Numbered from the stretch's first letter, positions 29,346 through 40,557 are shown. The stretch: 64,000 bases of DNA from an uncultured Desulfarculus sp. (GCA_963665125.2 CAXXUK010000002.1:192001-256000); one strand, 5' to 3'. Numbers and translations are program-made. The notes: generated by a model from the letters alone, not told the origin.

Positions 29346-32234
29346 TCAATCAAGCCTGCCCAGCATCTCCTCCAATTCCGAAGCCAGCACGGGACGCCCC
29401 AACATGTTGCCCTGAACCTGGTCGCACATCATCTTGCGCAAGACCGCGAGTTGTTCATTGGTCTCAACCCCTTTTGCAACTACGATCAGGCCCATGGTGT
29501 GGCCCAGGGCAATAATGCCGCGGACAATGGCTTCACCCTGGGGGAATTCGGTAACGCCTGCCGTGAATTCAGGGGCGAACTTGATCTGGTCCAAGGGCAG
29601 CGCCCTGAGGTTTTCAATGGAACAGGCTCCGGAACCGAAATTATCCAACGACAGCCGCACGCCCAAATCGGCAAACTCGCGCAAGGCCGCTACAACTTCG
29701 GTGTGTTCGGTAAAAACAGGGGCCTCGGCAAACTCTAGTTCGAGGTTAGCCGGCGGCAGCCCGGAAATGCTCAGAGATTCTTGAACAAACCGGACAACGT
29801 TTTTGTCGCACAACTGAATGGTGGACAATCTTACCGACAATACCAAATCCGGATCCATGGCCATCCATCGCCTCGCCTGGCTGCAGGCCTGGGTCAAGGC
29901 CCAATTCCCGATGGGGATGATCAAGCCGGTTTCCTCGGCCAAATCAACAAAAGCATCGGATCCGAGACAACCTCTTTGGGGATGAATCCAGCGCAACAAG
30001 GCTTCCACGCCCACGATCCGGTTGCCGCTGATGTCAAACTGAGGCTGATAATGGATCTGGAATTGGTTTTTTTCCAAGGCCTGGCGCAGTTCGCCTTCCA
30101 GCAATATCCGCCTCTGCATGGCTTCCTGGAGCGACGGAGTAAACAGCTGGTAATTGTTTTTGCCTTTTTCCTTGGCCCGGTACATGGCCAGGTCGGCGTT
30201 TTTCATCAGGCTCGGGACATCCCCCCCGTCATTTGGATACAAAGCGATGCCCATGCTGGCCCGGACTCTGACGGTTTGCCCGTGCAGGTCCATGGCCAAG
30301 GCCAGGCTTTCCAGAACCCTGCGGCACACGCGAACCGCCGCCGCCTCCGATTCCACCGCCTCAAGGACCATCACAAATTCGTCGCCGCCCAGCCGGGCCA
30401 CGGTGTCCTGCTCCCTGAGGCAACCTTGCAACCGAGCCGCGGTCCGCTTGAGCACGACGTCGCCGGCGTCATGGCCAAAGGTGTCGTTGATCGTCTTGAA
30501 GTTGTCCAGGTCTATGAATACGACGCCCACCTTCAAGTCGTTGCGCCGGGCGTGCTGGATCGCATGGGCCAGGCGGTCTTGCAGCAGTGCGCGATTGGGC
30601 AGGCCGGTGAGGGCGTCATGATAGGCCTGGTATTCAAACCGTTCCTGGGATCGTTTTATCTCCGTGATATCATAGAAAATCGCCAGGTAATAGACGATAC
30701 GGTCCTGGTAATCCCTGATGATCGTCAGGGTCAGCCACTCGGGATAGGCCTCGCCGTTTTTACGGCGGTTCCAGTACTCACCGCTCCATTGGCCGTTTTC
30801 CGCCAGGCCCAACAAAACCTTTTCCTGCAATTCCAGCGAGTCTGATTCCGACCGCAGCACATCCAGTTGCCTGCCCACCAGTTCATTGGTGTCATAGCCG
30901 GTTATGGCCGTGCAGGCGGGGTTGGCCATCAGCACGATGCCGCCGGCGTCTGCCACGACTATGCCTTCAATCGCGTTTTCGATGACCTTGGCGGCCATGG
31001 CCTGTTCCTGTTCGGAACTCTTTCGCTCGGTGATGTCCCTGGCCAGGGCTACGAAACGGTCCTCGCCCAGCGGCGCTATGCGCACTTCGTAATTGCGCCG
31101 CCTGTCCTCCTCCTCCAACTCATATTCCAGGTTGACCACTTCCCGGCGTTTACCGGCCAGTTCGAGGGCCACCTTTATGCGTTCGGCCACTTCCTCGGGC
31201 ATTATCTGTTCAATGTTATTACCCAGAAACTCCTCCGGAGGCACAAGGGGCCTCGACTCCGAACCACCGTGAAATTCCAGGTATCGCCCGTGCTTATCGA
31301 CAAGAAAAAACATATCCGGCATGGCCTTGAAAATGGCTTCGAACTCTTCCTGTTTGTTCCGCAATACGGTGGTGGCTTTGGCAACATTGCGCCGCAGCAG
31401 CCAGTTCCAGGCGATCACGGCGGCCACCAAGACCAGGCAAACCAGGAAAACCGCGGCAAGCAGTTTCCATTGGTACGACGAAACAGCCCTTCGCCCGGTC
31501 CAGCGCAGCACAACCTCCATCTTTTCATCATTGGTAATAAGGGAAAAGCCCTGGTTGATCAGTTCCAGCAATTGCTTGTCTTGGGCCCGGACACCGGCCC
31601 GCAGCATTTCGGCGAGCACCGGCTTGTCGGAAAATTGAAATTGCTCCAGGGCGCCGTATTTGGCCAGTATGAATTTGGCCACCGGCTCATCGCAAACAAA
31701 GACCTTCACCTTGCCGCCGAGGGCCATCTTGATCAAGGCATCGTAATTGGGAGCCAACACAAGGGGGATGTCCGGCACGGCCTGTTTCAGGTGATTTTCC
31801 ATGAAATCGCCGCGGACAACGCCGACCTGAAAACCATTCAGCCCTTGCAGGTCGTTTATCCGGTTTATTGTTTTGGAGGATATGATGCTGATATTGAGCT
31901 TGAAATAGGGCTGGCTAAATCCCAAGGCAGGGTCATCGCGCAGAAAAATACCGCCTATGACATCCGCCTTGCCTTGGCGGACCATTTCAATGGCCTTGTT
32001 CCAATCATAAAGGCGGTACTCGACCTCCACGCCGGTCTTTTTACCCCATAGTTTCCAGAGATCGACGGATATGCCGGACACATTGCCGTTGTCGTCGCGA
32101 AACTCAAAAGGAGCATAAGCGATATCACCCACCACCGTGACCCGGCGCTGGGGCTGTTGTCCCATGGCAAAGCCCATCCACAGCGCCATGACCAAGCAGG
32201 TGCATATGGCGACGGTCGATAAGAAATGACGCAT
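29346..32234 (-). CDS. SBP-PAS-PAS-GGDEF-EAL signalling protein
   Basis: Periplasmic binding domain (YAPFEF), TM, PAS, RLGGDEF, EALLRW. Confidence 0.92.
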   Translation of the reverse strand: MRHFLSTVAICTCLVMALWMGFAMGQQPQRRVTVVGDIAYAPFEFRDDNGNVSGISVDLWKLWGKKTGVEVEYRLYDWNKAIEMVRQGKADVIGGIFLRDDPALGFSQPYFKLNISIISSKTINRINDLQGLNGFQVGVVRGDFMENHLKQAVPDIPLVLAPNYDALIKMALGGKVKVFVCDEPVAKFILAKYGALEQFQFSDKPVLAEMLRAGVRAQDKQLLELINQGFSLITNDEKMEVVLRWTGRRAVSSYQWKLLAAVFLVCLVLVAAVIAWNWLLRRNVAKATTVLRNKQEEFEAIFKAMPDMFFLVDKHGRYLEFHGGSESRPLVPPEEFLGNNIEQIMPEEVAERIKVALELAGKRREVVNLEYELEEEDRRRNYEVRIAPLGEDRFVALARDITERKSSEQEQAMAAKVIENAIEGIVVADAGGIVLMANPACTAITGYDTNELVGRQLDVLRSESDSLELQEKVLLGLAENGQWSGEYWNRRKNGEAYPEWLTLTIIRDYQDRIVYYLAIFYDITEIKRSQERFEYQAYHDALTGLPNRALLQDRLAHAIQHARRNDLKVGVVFIDLDNFKTINDTFGHDAGDVVLKRTAARLQGCLREQDTVARLGGDEFVMVLEAVESEAAAVRVCRRVLESLALAMDLHGQTVRVRASMGIALYPNDGGDVPSLMKNADLAMYRAKEKGKNNYQLFTPSLQEAMQRRILLEGELRQALEKNQFQIHYQPQFDISGNRIVGVEALLRWIHPQRGCLGSDAFVDLAEETGLIIPIGNWALTQACSQARRWMAMDPDLVLSVRLSTIQLCDKNVVRFVQESLSISGLPPANLELEFAEAPVFTEHTEVVAALREFADLGVRLSLDNFGSGACSIENLRALPLDQIKFAPEFTAGVTEFPQGEAIVRGIIALGHTMGLIVVAKGVETNEQLAVLRKMMCDQVQGNMLGRPVLASELEEMLGRLD

Positions 32235-32437
32235 ACGCTCAACAAGTTCCAAACGTTAGGGCGAGGGTGGCAGGAGCCCCAGCGAATTTCGGAAGCAACC
32301 GACAATTTCGATAGGTAATAGTGCCAGATCACACTTGTTTGATCAATCTTTTCAGTTGATGAATCATCGGATGCTCCGGCAATGCCGGGGCCGGACGTTC
32401 AGACGAGCCCAGCCCCGGCATTATGAGCCGCGGTTGG

Positions 32438-32824
32438 TCATGCCAGGGCGGGGGAGAAAACCGCCTGGAGCACAAGACCGCCGGCGCCGGCGGCAACCCT
32501 GTGCGGCGCATTGGGCGGCATGACAGCCATGTTGCCGGGCCGGTAGACCAGGGTCCGTTCACCGAGCACGCACTTGCCATCCCCGGCCAGGACAAAATGA
32601 AACTCGGTCTGGTCCTGGTGGAAATGCTCGCCTATCTCCATGCCCGGCCCGATTCTGACCAAATGCACCGAAAATTCGCCATTGGTGTTTGAACCCGTGA
32701 TGACGTTGCGTAAATGCACCCCGGAAAACCGGGGGTGCGGGTTCCAGGCCAAATCGGCGGCATTGGCAGATCCTTCCTCGGTAACAATGCATCCGACTTC
32801 AATAAAATTTAATATATCCGACAT
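32438..32824 (-). CDS. Cupin domain protein
   Basis: HFH..QTEFHFVLAGDG and PPNAPHRV cupin motifs. Confidence 0.85.
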   Translation of the reverse strand: MSDILNFIEVGCIVTEEGSANAADLAWNPHPRFSGVHLRNVITGSNTNGEFSVHLVRIGPGMEIGEHFHQDQTEFHFVLAGDGKCVLGERTLVYRPGNMAVMPPNAPHRVAAGAGGLVLQAVFSPALA

Positions 32825-32897
32825 GTTCCATCCTTAATCCCATGGCGTTGCCGCCGGAAAATTTGTTTGCGCCTTTGGTCTCTCTGCTGTATCCTGG

Positions 32898-32941
32898 CGC
32901 TACATTTATTGTAACAGACTACTGCTACTTTTTATGTAGCA
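32898..32941. promoter_or_regulatory. Tandem palindromic operators, probably HxlR
   Basis: CGCTAC-N7-GTAACA and TGCTAC-N7-GTAGCA. Confidence 0.6.
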
Positions 32942-32952
32942 CAAGGAGAAAA

Positions 32953-33285
32953 ATGCCCACCACCACGCCAAAACCGGGAGCCCCCGTACGCGGCTCCAAG
33001 TCAGGCCGCCCGATAATGGCGCTGTTGGACCTGCTGGGACGCCGCTGGGCGCTAAGGGTCATTTTTGAATTGAAAGACGGGCCCATGAGGTTCCGGGCCC
33101 TGCAGGAAACATGCGATCAGGTCTCACCGACCATGCTCAACATGCGGTTGAAGGAATTGCGGGAAGTGGACATCGTCCAAAAAACCAACGACGGATATTG
33201 CCTGACGGAAATGGGCCAAGACCTCTGGAATTTGTTTGAGCCACTGCGCGGCTGGGCCGACCGTTGGGCAAAACGCCAGGGTTGA
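32953..33285 (+). CDS. HxlR family regulator
   Basis: LDLLGRRWAL, RF..LQ, L..RLKEL, Y.LT.MG; AAGGAG RBS. Confidence 0.9.
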   Translation: MPTTTPKPGAPVRGSKSGRPIMALLDLLGRRWALRVIFELKDGPMRFRALQETCDQVSPTMLNMRLKELREVDIVQKTNDGYCLTEMGQDLWNLFEPLRGWADRWAKRQG

Positions 33286-35568
33286 TCAGTCTCCCTCCTC
33301 GGCATTTGGTTGCTCTTCGCCGCCCAACACCTCGAAAACGGCCATGGAAAGCTCGCTCATGGAAAACGGTTTGATAAGCACCTTGACGGCTCCCTGTTCC
33401 ATGGCCTCTTTAATCAGGGCCGCATCTCCTCCTCCGGAGATTATCAGGGTGGGCATTTCCGGCTTGATAAAGTGGACCTGGTTCATCAGTTCCAAGCCGC
33501 TCACGACCGGCATCATGAAATCGGTGATCAGAACATCGAAGCGGGCCGGATCGCGTTGAAAGGCATCCATGGCTTTTTCCGCGCCGGTAAAGGTCGAAAC
33601 GTTGTAGCCCAGGCCCTCGAGCATGGCCCGTCCCACTTCCAGCACCTCCGGATCGTCCTCCACCAGAATCAAATTGCCATGGCCGGTGACCACCGGTTCG
33701 GGCGGGATCTCCCTGGCTGGTTCGGACGGCTGGGTCAGGGGAAGAATCACCTCGAACATCGCGCCCTTGCCGTCGTGCTTGTTGCGGCCCCAAACCACTC
33801 CGCCATGTTCACGTACTATGCCGTCGACCACCGACAGGCCCAAACCGGAGCCGCCGCCCACACCACGAGTGGTGAAAAACGGGTCGAAAATCCGATCGGC
33901 AATATCGTTGGCCATTCCTTCGCCCTCGTCCTCGACCAACAATCTGGCGCAGCCGTTGCCGCCGTCGGAGACCGCCTCGCAAAAGGCGGGATCGGTGGTA
34001 GCGTCCAAGCTCACGGTCAACTTGCCGCCGCCGGGCATGGCCTGAGCCGCGTTGTTGATCAGGTTGACGAGTATTTGATGGATACCGCTGCTGTTGGCAT
34101 GGACAAGCATAGGTTCCGGGGAAATATAAAACTCCATTTCCAGGGAACTGGGCAGAGATGAGCGCATGAAGCGAACCGACTCCTTGACCAGGGGGCGCAA
34201 ATCAAGCTCTGTCTTATCCGTGGATTTTTGGCGGCTGAACATCAGGAGCTGCTTGACCAGGTCACGGGCCCTTGTTGAAGCGTCAATAACCTCGCCCAGT
34301 TCCTTTTCCGGCACACCGCCCTGCTTGACCTTGCGCAGGGAAACCTGGGTAAACCCGAGGATAACGGTCAACAGGTTGTTGAATTCGTGGGCGATCCCCC
34401 CGGCCAGGGTGCCCACGGCCTCCATTTTTTGGTTCTGGCGCAACTGGGTGGCCAGACGCTGGCGCTCAAATTCGTTCTTTTTCTTGTCGGTGATATCCGA
34501 AAAGGCGCCAACCACTCGCACGCTTTGGCCGTTTTCATCCGTGGCGAACACGCGGGCCGTAGTATGGAACCAACGCCAATCACCATCTTGATGCCTGAGG
34601 CGGTAGGTCCCTTCGTGAAATTTTATCGCGCCGGTTCGGAAAGCATTACGAACAAGGGCGAAGTCCCCAAAATCATCCGGGTGCATCAGCGCGGTGAGAG
34701 AGTCGAAATCCATGATCGAGTTTTGACGTTCCATACCCAGCAGGGCAAACAATCTGGGGCTGAAAAACGCTTCCCCGCCGAGCACGTCCCAATCCATGAG
34801 GCCGTCACTTGAACTGGCCATGGCCATTCTGTATTGTTCTTCACTTTGGCGCAGCGCTTCTTCGGCTGCGGCGCGGCTTTCCACCTCTTCGGCCAAGGCC
34901 CTGTTGCGCTTTTCCAACTCCCGCAGGGCGATCAAAGACGGCAAGACGACCAGGACCATCAACACAACGGCGACGAACACGGTCTGGATGACGAACCCGC
35001 CTTCCATTCTCCGGATATTTTTATCCCAAGAGGCCGAGCCAACGAAAATCTTCAATTCAGGCACGGGATAAATAAAGGCCATTTTCAGGCCCGAATCGCC
35101 TTGCTGTCCGGGAAACGGATAAGTAATGAATCCGCCTTGTGGTCGCTCTTTTACAAATTCCGCGAATTTGAGCATTGTGCTGGTAAGCATCGGCTTGTAT
35201 TTGCTCAGCCGATCCGGGTCAGACAAATAGGGATGAACAACGATTTCTCCCTCTTGGGAGCCGATAAAAACGTAATTATCACCCTGGGGGCAATCAAACC
35301 GCACAGGACCCAACAACCCCTCGATATCCTTAATAGCCTGGTTTCGGGTGATTTCTCCGTTTTTATATTTGATTATCTGGGGTTTTATAGCCGCCAAGGC
35401 AATATGGACAAATTCTTGGAGTTGTCCCCTTACTCTATTTTCGTCATCTTCAACTATGGTTTTACTAACTCGTAAAAACCAGGCCGTTGAAAGGCCCAGC
35501 ACCACCACCGTGCAAAACACTATCAGCCAACTGGCTCGTGGATATGGGAAACTTTGATTTTTGGCCAA
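33286..35568 (-). CDS. Hybrid sensor histidine kinase (Cache-PAS-HisKA-HATPase-REC)
   Basis: GGIAHEFNNLL, NLINNA, FDPFFTT, GSGLGL, LITDFMMP. Confidence 0.93.
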   Translation of the reverse strand: MAKNQSFPYPRASWLIVFCTVVVLGLSTAWFLRVSKTIVEDDENRVRGQLQEFVHIALAAIKPQIIKYKNGEITRNQAIKDIEGLLGPVRFDCPQGDNYVFIGSQEGEIVVHPYLSDPDRLSKYKPMLTSTMLKFAEFVKERPQGGFITYPFPGQQGDSGLKMAFIYPVPELKIFVGSASWDKNIRRMEGGFVIQTVFVAVVLMVLVVLPSLIALRELEKRNRALAEEVESRAAAEEALRQSEEQYRMAMASSSDGLMDWDVLGGEAFFSPRLFALLGMERQNSIMDFDSLTALMHPDDFGDFALVRNAFRTGAIKFHEGTYRLRHQDGDWRWFHTTARVFATDENGQSVRVVGAFSDITDKKKNEFERQRLATQLRQNQKMEAVGTLAGGIAHEFNNLLTVILGFTQVSLRKVKQGGVPEKELGEVIDASTRARDLVKQLLMFSRQKSTDKTELDLRPLVKESVRFMRSSLPSSLEMEFYISPEPMLVHANSSGIHQILVNLINNAAQAMPGGGKLTVSLDATTDPAFCEAVSDGGNGCARLLVEDEGEGMANDIADRIFDPFFTTRGVGGGSGLGLSVVDGIVREHGGVVWGRNKHDGKGAMFEVILPLTQPSEPAREIPPEPVVTGHGNLILVEDDPEVLEVGRAMLEGLGYNVSTFTGAEKAMDAFQRDPARFDVLITDFMMPVVSGLELMNQVHFIKPEMPTLIISGGGDAALIKEAMEQGAVKVLIKPFSMSELSMAVFEVLGGEEQPNAEEGD

Positions 35569-35627
35569 AGCAAACGCCTTTTAAAGGGCTGACAAATGCG
35601 GCATGACGTCACCGGCTATTCTAGCAT

Positions 35628-35672
35628 AAAAAAACAAACCGGAGAGGGGTGGGGGGAGGCCCCCTCTCCGGT
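35628..35672 (-). terminator. Intrinsic terminator after MCP
   Basis: ACCGGAGAGGGG...CCCCTCTCCGGT stem with minus-strand T-run. Confidence 0.7.
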
Positions 35673-35730
35673 CGAGCTATGCCCTTGGATGATGATCGAG
35701 CTGAATTGTCCGGGCATTTCTCACATGGAA

Positions 35731-37560
35731 TTACGCATCCAAACCACTGGGAAGCGCCAGTTTTGCGCGTTTGTTTCCGTTAATAAATTCCATCCCTTGT
35801 TCAGATGCTTTGGCGGACGCTCCGCCGATTATGCCGGCCAGCAAGGTCACGGATTCACGGCTTTGCAGGGCCTGGGCCGACAATTCTTCCGCCGCCGCGG
35901 CGGCTTCTTCGGCGCTTGCCGCCACAGTCTGGGTGACCTTGTCCATCTCCGAGGTGGCCTGACTTATCTGGTCGACACCCTGGGCCTGTTGCTGGGTGGC
36001 GCTGCTTATTTGGGCCATCAGTTCGCCGACCTGCGCGGCGTACTTCTTGTTTTCGGTCAGGGCCTCGATCACCTGGTTTAGCTGGCCGGAGGTGATCTGC
36101 GTTTTCTTGTTGGCATTGAGGATCAGTTCTTCGGTGGTCTTGGCCGCTTCAGCGGCGCGCATGGCCAGGTTGCGAACTTCCTCGGCCACCACGGCAAAGC
36201 CCAATCCCGCATCACCGGCCCTGGCCGCTTCCACCGCCGCGTTGAGAGCCAGCAGGTTTGTCTGGAATGCGATCTCGTCGATCGTCTTGATGACCTTTAC
36301 CGTCTCATCACCGGCGGCAACGGTTTCGCGCATGACCACGGCCATCTCGTTTGCATGGTCCTCGATTCTCTTGAAATTGGACGCCACGATACCCGTCATG
36401 AGTTCATTGACCTGTTGGGCGTTCCCGGCGTTCTGCCTGGCCATGGCGGCCAGTTCCTCCAGCGAGGCGCTGGATTCCTCGATTGCCGCCGCCTGTTGCG
36501 ATGATCCCTCGGCCAGTTCCTGGCTGGCGCTATTGACCTGCCCGGCGGCCGCGGCCACGTTGTCGGCGCCGCTGTCGAGCTCCTGCATAACCATGGTGAT
36601 TGGCCGGCTGACACCGCGGGAGAACAGGATAGTCGCCAGCATCGCGGCCAGCACAGCCACGGCGCTGATGATGATTATGCCTTTGGTGATGTTGTGCACC
36701 GGCTCCAAAAACTCATCTGCCGTCAGGGCGATCAGCACGCTCCAATTGATTCCCGGCACATGAACCACGCCGGCGAACTTGTCTACTCCACCGAAGTGAT
36801 ATTCAACGACCCCGTCGGAACCACTGACAATCTTGCTGACCAATGGTCCCATTCCTTCGGTCTTGCTCATATCGAGCTTCATGACCAGATCAGCCTTGGG
36901 ATGCGCCAGGGTCAGGCCGGCGTTGCTGGTGACAACAGGGTAGCCGGTCTTGCCGATTTTTATTGAGGTGAAGGCATTGAAAAAGGCCGTATCCAGGCCG
37001 GCCGCCAAAACCGCCGTGACTTTTCCGTCGGCGGCCTTGATGGGCACGGCAATCATGGCGATGGGCTTTCCGGTTTTTTTGGAAATCACCATGTTGTCAT
37101 TGGAGATTTCTCCCCCTATGGCCTTTTGAAAATAATCCCTGTTGGAGACATTGATGTCTTTGTATGCGCCGTTGTTGCCGTCGGCAATGACCTTGCCGTT
37201 GGGATCGGCAATGAAGATGGTCTCGTAATTTTCGCCCACCGACGCTCTTACGGCATCCAGTTCCGCGGAAAGGACCGTTGCGGCGTTTTGCCTTACTTCG
37301 CCCTGCTCATGCCCCAGGATGCCGGTTTCGCGGACCGTGGTGGGGGAGGCGGCCGCTTCCATTAAAAGCTTGGTCTCGCCTTTCATGATGTGATCAAGGG
37401 TCTCGCTGATCCTTTTTGCGTTATCGAACACCGACTGCATGGCCGAATCCATCATTGCAGTCGACGCGGAATAATAAGCATATACGCCAACAATCAATAG
37501 CGGGATCAGCACCAGCGAGATACCGCCGATTGACATCTTTTTTCCCAGTGAAAGGCTCAT
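35731..37560 (-). CDS. Methyl-accepting chemotaxis protein with dCache domain
   Basis: [31 protein letters not shown]; two TM. Confidence 0.95.
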   Translation of the reverse strand: MSLSLGKKMSIGGISLVLIPLLIVGVYAYYSASTAMMDSAMQSVFDNAKRISETLDHIMKGETKLLMEAAASPTTVRETGILGHEQGEVRQNAATVLSAELDAVRASVGENYETIFIADPNGKVIADGNNGAYKDINVSNRDYFQKAIGGEISNDNMVISKKTGKPIAMIAVPIKAADGKVTAVLAAGLDTAFFNAFTSIKIGKTGYPVVTSNAGLTLAHPKADLVMKLDMSKTEGMGPLVSKIVSGSDGVVEYHFGGVDKFAGVVHVPGINWSVLIALTADEFLEPVHNITKGIIIISAVAVLAAMLATILFSRGVSRPITMVMQELDSGADNVAAAAGQVNSASQELAEGSSQQAAAIEESSASLEELAAMARQNAGNAQQVNELMTGIVASNFKRIEDHANEMAVVMRETVAAGDETVKVIKTIDEIAFQTNLLALNAAVEAARAGDAGLGFAVVAEEVRNLAMRAAEAAKTTEELILNANKKTQITSGQLNQVIEALTENKKYAAQVGELMAQISSATQQQAQGVDQISQATSEMDKVTQTVAASAEEAAAAAEELSAQALQSRESVTLLAGIIGGASAKASEQGMEFINGNKRAKLALPSGLDA

Positions 37561-38022
37561 CTACCACTCCTCGTTGATCAATCCGGATCCGCCGTCGAAT
37601 ATCGGTGCGTGCCAACCATCCACCGAGCCCAATTGCGGCCGTGAAGCCATGCGCTGGGCCATTTTTTGAAGGATCGCACACAGGGAATATCCGGTTGGCA
37701 GACCATAGAAGCTGATTCTAGGCTCCAACAACCAAGTCTTTGCACCGACCTTTCCCGGTTCCTCCGGAAGGATCAGTATCAATTCCAATCCCTTCAAAAG
37801 GTCACGATGATGCAAGACAATGTCTGTTTCGTCTTGGGACTGTAGGCATAGGATTATGATCGGAGCGGGTGAGCCCAGGGGAGACCGCAGGGTTTTAAAA
37901 AATAAATCAAGATCTTCATGCACCATAACGCGCCAACCGGGCAAACCGTCCTTGAGGACCTTTGCCGTGATTTTACATTGGCCGTTTTCGTTTTCCTGGT
38001 TGCAGTAGAAAAGAAGTCTCAT
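37561..38022 (-). CDS. Hypothetical protein, degenerate receiver-like
   Basis: Stop abuts MCP start; alpha/beta pattern. Confidence 0.6.
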   Translation of the reverse strand: MRLLFYCNQENENGQCKITAKVLKDGLPGWRVMVHEDLDLFFKTLRSPLGSPAPIIILCLQSQDETDIVLHHRDLLKGLELILILPEEPGKVGAKTWLLEPRISFYGLPTGYSLCAILQKMAQRMASRPQLGSVDGWHAPIFDGGSGLINEEW

Positions 38023-38072
38023 TGCACCCACCTTGCATGTTTTGCAAAAGCTTTTTAAGTGGGGATTGTTAA

Positions 38073-38088
38073 TACAAAGGACGTGCCA
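38073..38088 (-). promoter_or_regulatory. Probable sigma54 promoter (-12 GT variant)
   Basis: TGGCACGTCCTTTGTA; candidate UAS palindrome TTCCG-N7-CGGAA at 38171-38187. Confidence 0.5.
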
Positions 38089-38261
38089 AGAGCACCATAT
38101 TGGTATTACCTTGAATTAATTAGTATTTTCATGATTAGTTTATCGGTTCGGCATCGTTGAACAGCCTAAATTCCGTTATTTGCGGAACCATCAGTTCGCA
38201 AATCATGGATTTTTTAGATTTTCCGCAAAAGGAAAACAGCCGGCCCGGGGGCTATAGGCGG

Positions 38262-39698
38262 CTACTTCAAGAAGGCGAGATCGTGTTTCTTCAGCAACCC
38301 GTACAAACGGGTCTTGGCCAGACCTGATACGCGCATGGCCTCGTTGCGGTCGCTGCCTGTCTCCAGCAACAGCCTCTCCAGATATTGACGCTCCAGCACA
38401 TCCACGCAGTTGTCCCGAAAATCCTTGAAATTGGGCAACCGTCCCGCCTGTTCCAACACCTCGTCGAAGGCATTGTGTCCGGCATGGGTCGCCACTGGGG
38501 ACTGCCCGCCGCCGCCTTGGCCTATCGTCGAGCGAATGCCCTTGGCCCGAAGTTCAACCGGCAGGTGCTGGCCAAACAAAACCGGCTCCGTGATGCAGCG
38601 GGACAAGACCATCTCCAGGGTGTTGAACAGTTCCCTGACATTGCCCGGCCAGTCATAGGTCCGCAGCAGATCAAAGAAATCCGGCGAAAAACCTTTCAAT
38701 GGGATTTGATATTTATTGCAGAGCCTGTTGATGAAATGGACAGCCAGGTCTTCTATATCGTCGAGCCTGTCGCGCAGCGGCGGCAGTTTGATGACAAACG
38801 TCTTCAAGCGAAACAGCAAGTCGTCGCGGAATTGGCCTTCGTCAACCATGTACTGTAAATCGCGGTTGGTGGCGGCCAGCAATCTGAAGTCGCTGTGCTT
38901 TTCCGAGGCCCCGCCGACCGGACGGAAGCTGTGCTCCTGAAGGGCACGCAGCAGCTTTTTCTGCATGAACAGGGGTAGCTCGCCAACCTCGTCCAGAAAA
39001 AGAGTGCCGTGGTCGGCCTGTTGCAGCAGGCCAGGACGGGCCTTGTCCGCCCCGGTGAAGGCTCCCTTTTCATGGCCGAACAATACGCTCTCCACCAGGT
39101 TTTCCGGCAGGCTGGCGCAGTCTACAACCACGAAGGGCGCATTGGCCCTGGCGCTGTTGCCGTGCAGCACCTTGGCGAAAAGTTCCTTGCCGGTGCCCGT
39201 CTCGCCGGTGATCAGCACGTTGGCGTCAGTGGATGCGGCCTGGGCGGCCAGGTTCAGGCATTGCTTGATGGCCCTGCTATCACCGATGACGCCCGCCCGG
39301 TCCAAGGCACGCAGACCCTGACTGTTCTGCTTTTGGTGGCGGTATTCCAGGGACCGGTGCAAGGCCAGGCTGAACTGATCCATGGAAGGAGGTTTTTCCA
39401 GGTAATCCCAGGCCCCGTTTTTAACGGCCAGTTCCGCTCCGTCCGGGTCGCCGTATCCGGTCATGATAATGACTTCGGGGTTTCCCGGCCCTTCCTTGAG
39501 TACGGGCAGGGCCTCCAGGCCGTTGCCGTCGGGAAGGCGCACGTCCAGAAAAACCACGTCAAATTCCCGGCTGCCGGATTGTTTCAAGGCGTCGGAAACA
39601 GTCCCAACCGAAACGCTTTCGTGGCCCAGTTCAGCGAATTCCGATTCCAAAAGGCGGCAAATGCCCGGTTCATCGTCGACAACCAGAATCCTGGCCAT
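38262..39698 (-). CDS. NtrC-family sigma54 response regulator
   Basis: REC (VVDDE, LDVRLPD), [25 protein letters not shown]. Confidence 0.95.
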   Translation of the reverse strand: MARILVVDDEPGICRLLESEFAELGHESVSVGTVSDALKQSGSREFDVVFLDVRLPDGNGLEALPVLKEGPGNPEVIIMTGYGDPDGAELAVKNGAWDYLEKPPSMDQFSLALHRSLEYRHQKQNSQGLRALDRAGVIGDSRAIKQCLNLAAQAASTDANVLITGETGTGKELFAKVLHGNSARANAPFVVVDCASLPENLVESVLFGHEKGAFTGADKARPGLLQQADHGTLFLDEVGELPLFMQKKLLRALQEHSFRPVGGASEKHSDFRLLAATNRDLQYMVDEGQFRDDLLFRLKTFVIKLPPLRDRLDDIEDLAVHFINRLCNKYQIPLKGFSPDFFDLLRTYDWPGNVRELFNTLEMVLSRCITEPVLFGQHLPVELRAKGIRSTIGQGGGGQSPVATHAGHNAFDEVLEQAGRLPNFKDFRDNCVDVLERQYLERLLLETGSDRNEAMRVSGLAKTRLYGLLKKHDLAFLK

Positions 39699-39816
39699 GC
39701 ATCCCCCGCTTGGTTCAGGTTCAACAAAGTCTTCTCGCTACTTAAAATAGCATCCCAGGCGGTGCTGAGCAAATATCGAAGTGATGTTCATATGGTATGC
39801 CTGAGTGGGGCATTTA

Positions 39817-40557
39817 CTAAACCAGCAGTATCGCCGACCCCAGACCAACGACTAAAACACCGGCCAGCCACTGGCGGCGGTCAAAGCCCAGCCGGACGTC
39901 CCAGGCGCCGGGCCCGTCCAAGTTCCGGGTGGCCAGGGCCAGGGTCTGGCGCCAGGCCTTTTGGCTCCAGTAGCGCAGAAGAGACTGGGTCATCAGGATG
40001 ACCCTGCGCCGCCACGGCAGCTTCAAGCCCCGGATGGCGAAGGAGGTCTGAACGGTCTTGATGCTCTGCCAGACCTGGGGCAGAAAATGCACGAACAGAG
40101 CCATGGACAGAGCTGTCTGCCAGGCCCTGCCGCGCAGAACGGGCCGCAGCAGCGAGGCCAGGGCCATACCCAGCGAGCGCGGCGAGGTGGCCAGGGCCAG
40201 GCACAGGCCGATAATCAGGAGCACGGCCAGGCGCAGGCCCAGTTCGGCAGAGACCAGGGCCGCCTCCTGCCAGCCAAAGCCGGTCCAGAGATCCAGGCCG
40301 AATTTGACGAGCATCCAGACCACCACGAATAAAATATAGGCCTTGGCCATGGAACGGTTGACAGGGTTGCGCAGGGTCACCGCGGCCAAAACAAGCCCTT
40401 GCAGCAATCCGAACAGCAACAACCCGCTCACCGAGGCCCGCAAAGCCAGCAGGCCGAAGACCATGGCCGCCAGGACCTTGATCCTGGGGTCCGCGTCTTC
40501 CAGAACCCCGGCCAGGGCGGAGGTGATGCCAGCGCTATGAGTAGCGGCTTGGGCCAT
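39817..40557 (-). CDS. ECF transporter T component (BioN/CbiQ-like)
   Basis: DPRIK motif, hydrophobic, conserved Arg motifs; adjacent to bioY. Confidence 0.8.
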   Translation of the reverse strand: MAQAATHSAGITSALAGVLEDADPRIKVLAAMVFGLLALRASVSGLLLFGLLQGLVLAAVTLRNPVNRSMAKAYILFVVVWMLVKFGLDLWTGFGWQEAALVSAELGLRLAVLLIIGLCLALATSPRSLGMALASLLRPVLRGRAWQTALSMALFVHFLPQVWQSIKTVQTSFAIRGLKLPWRRRVILMTQSLLRYWSQKAWRQTLALATRNLDGPGAWDVRLGFDRRQWLAGVLVVGLGSAILLV

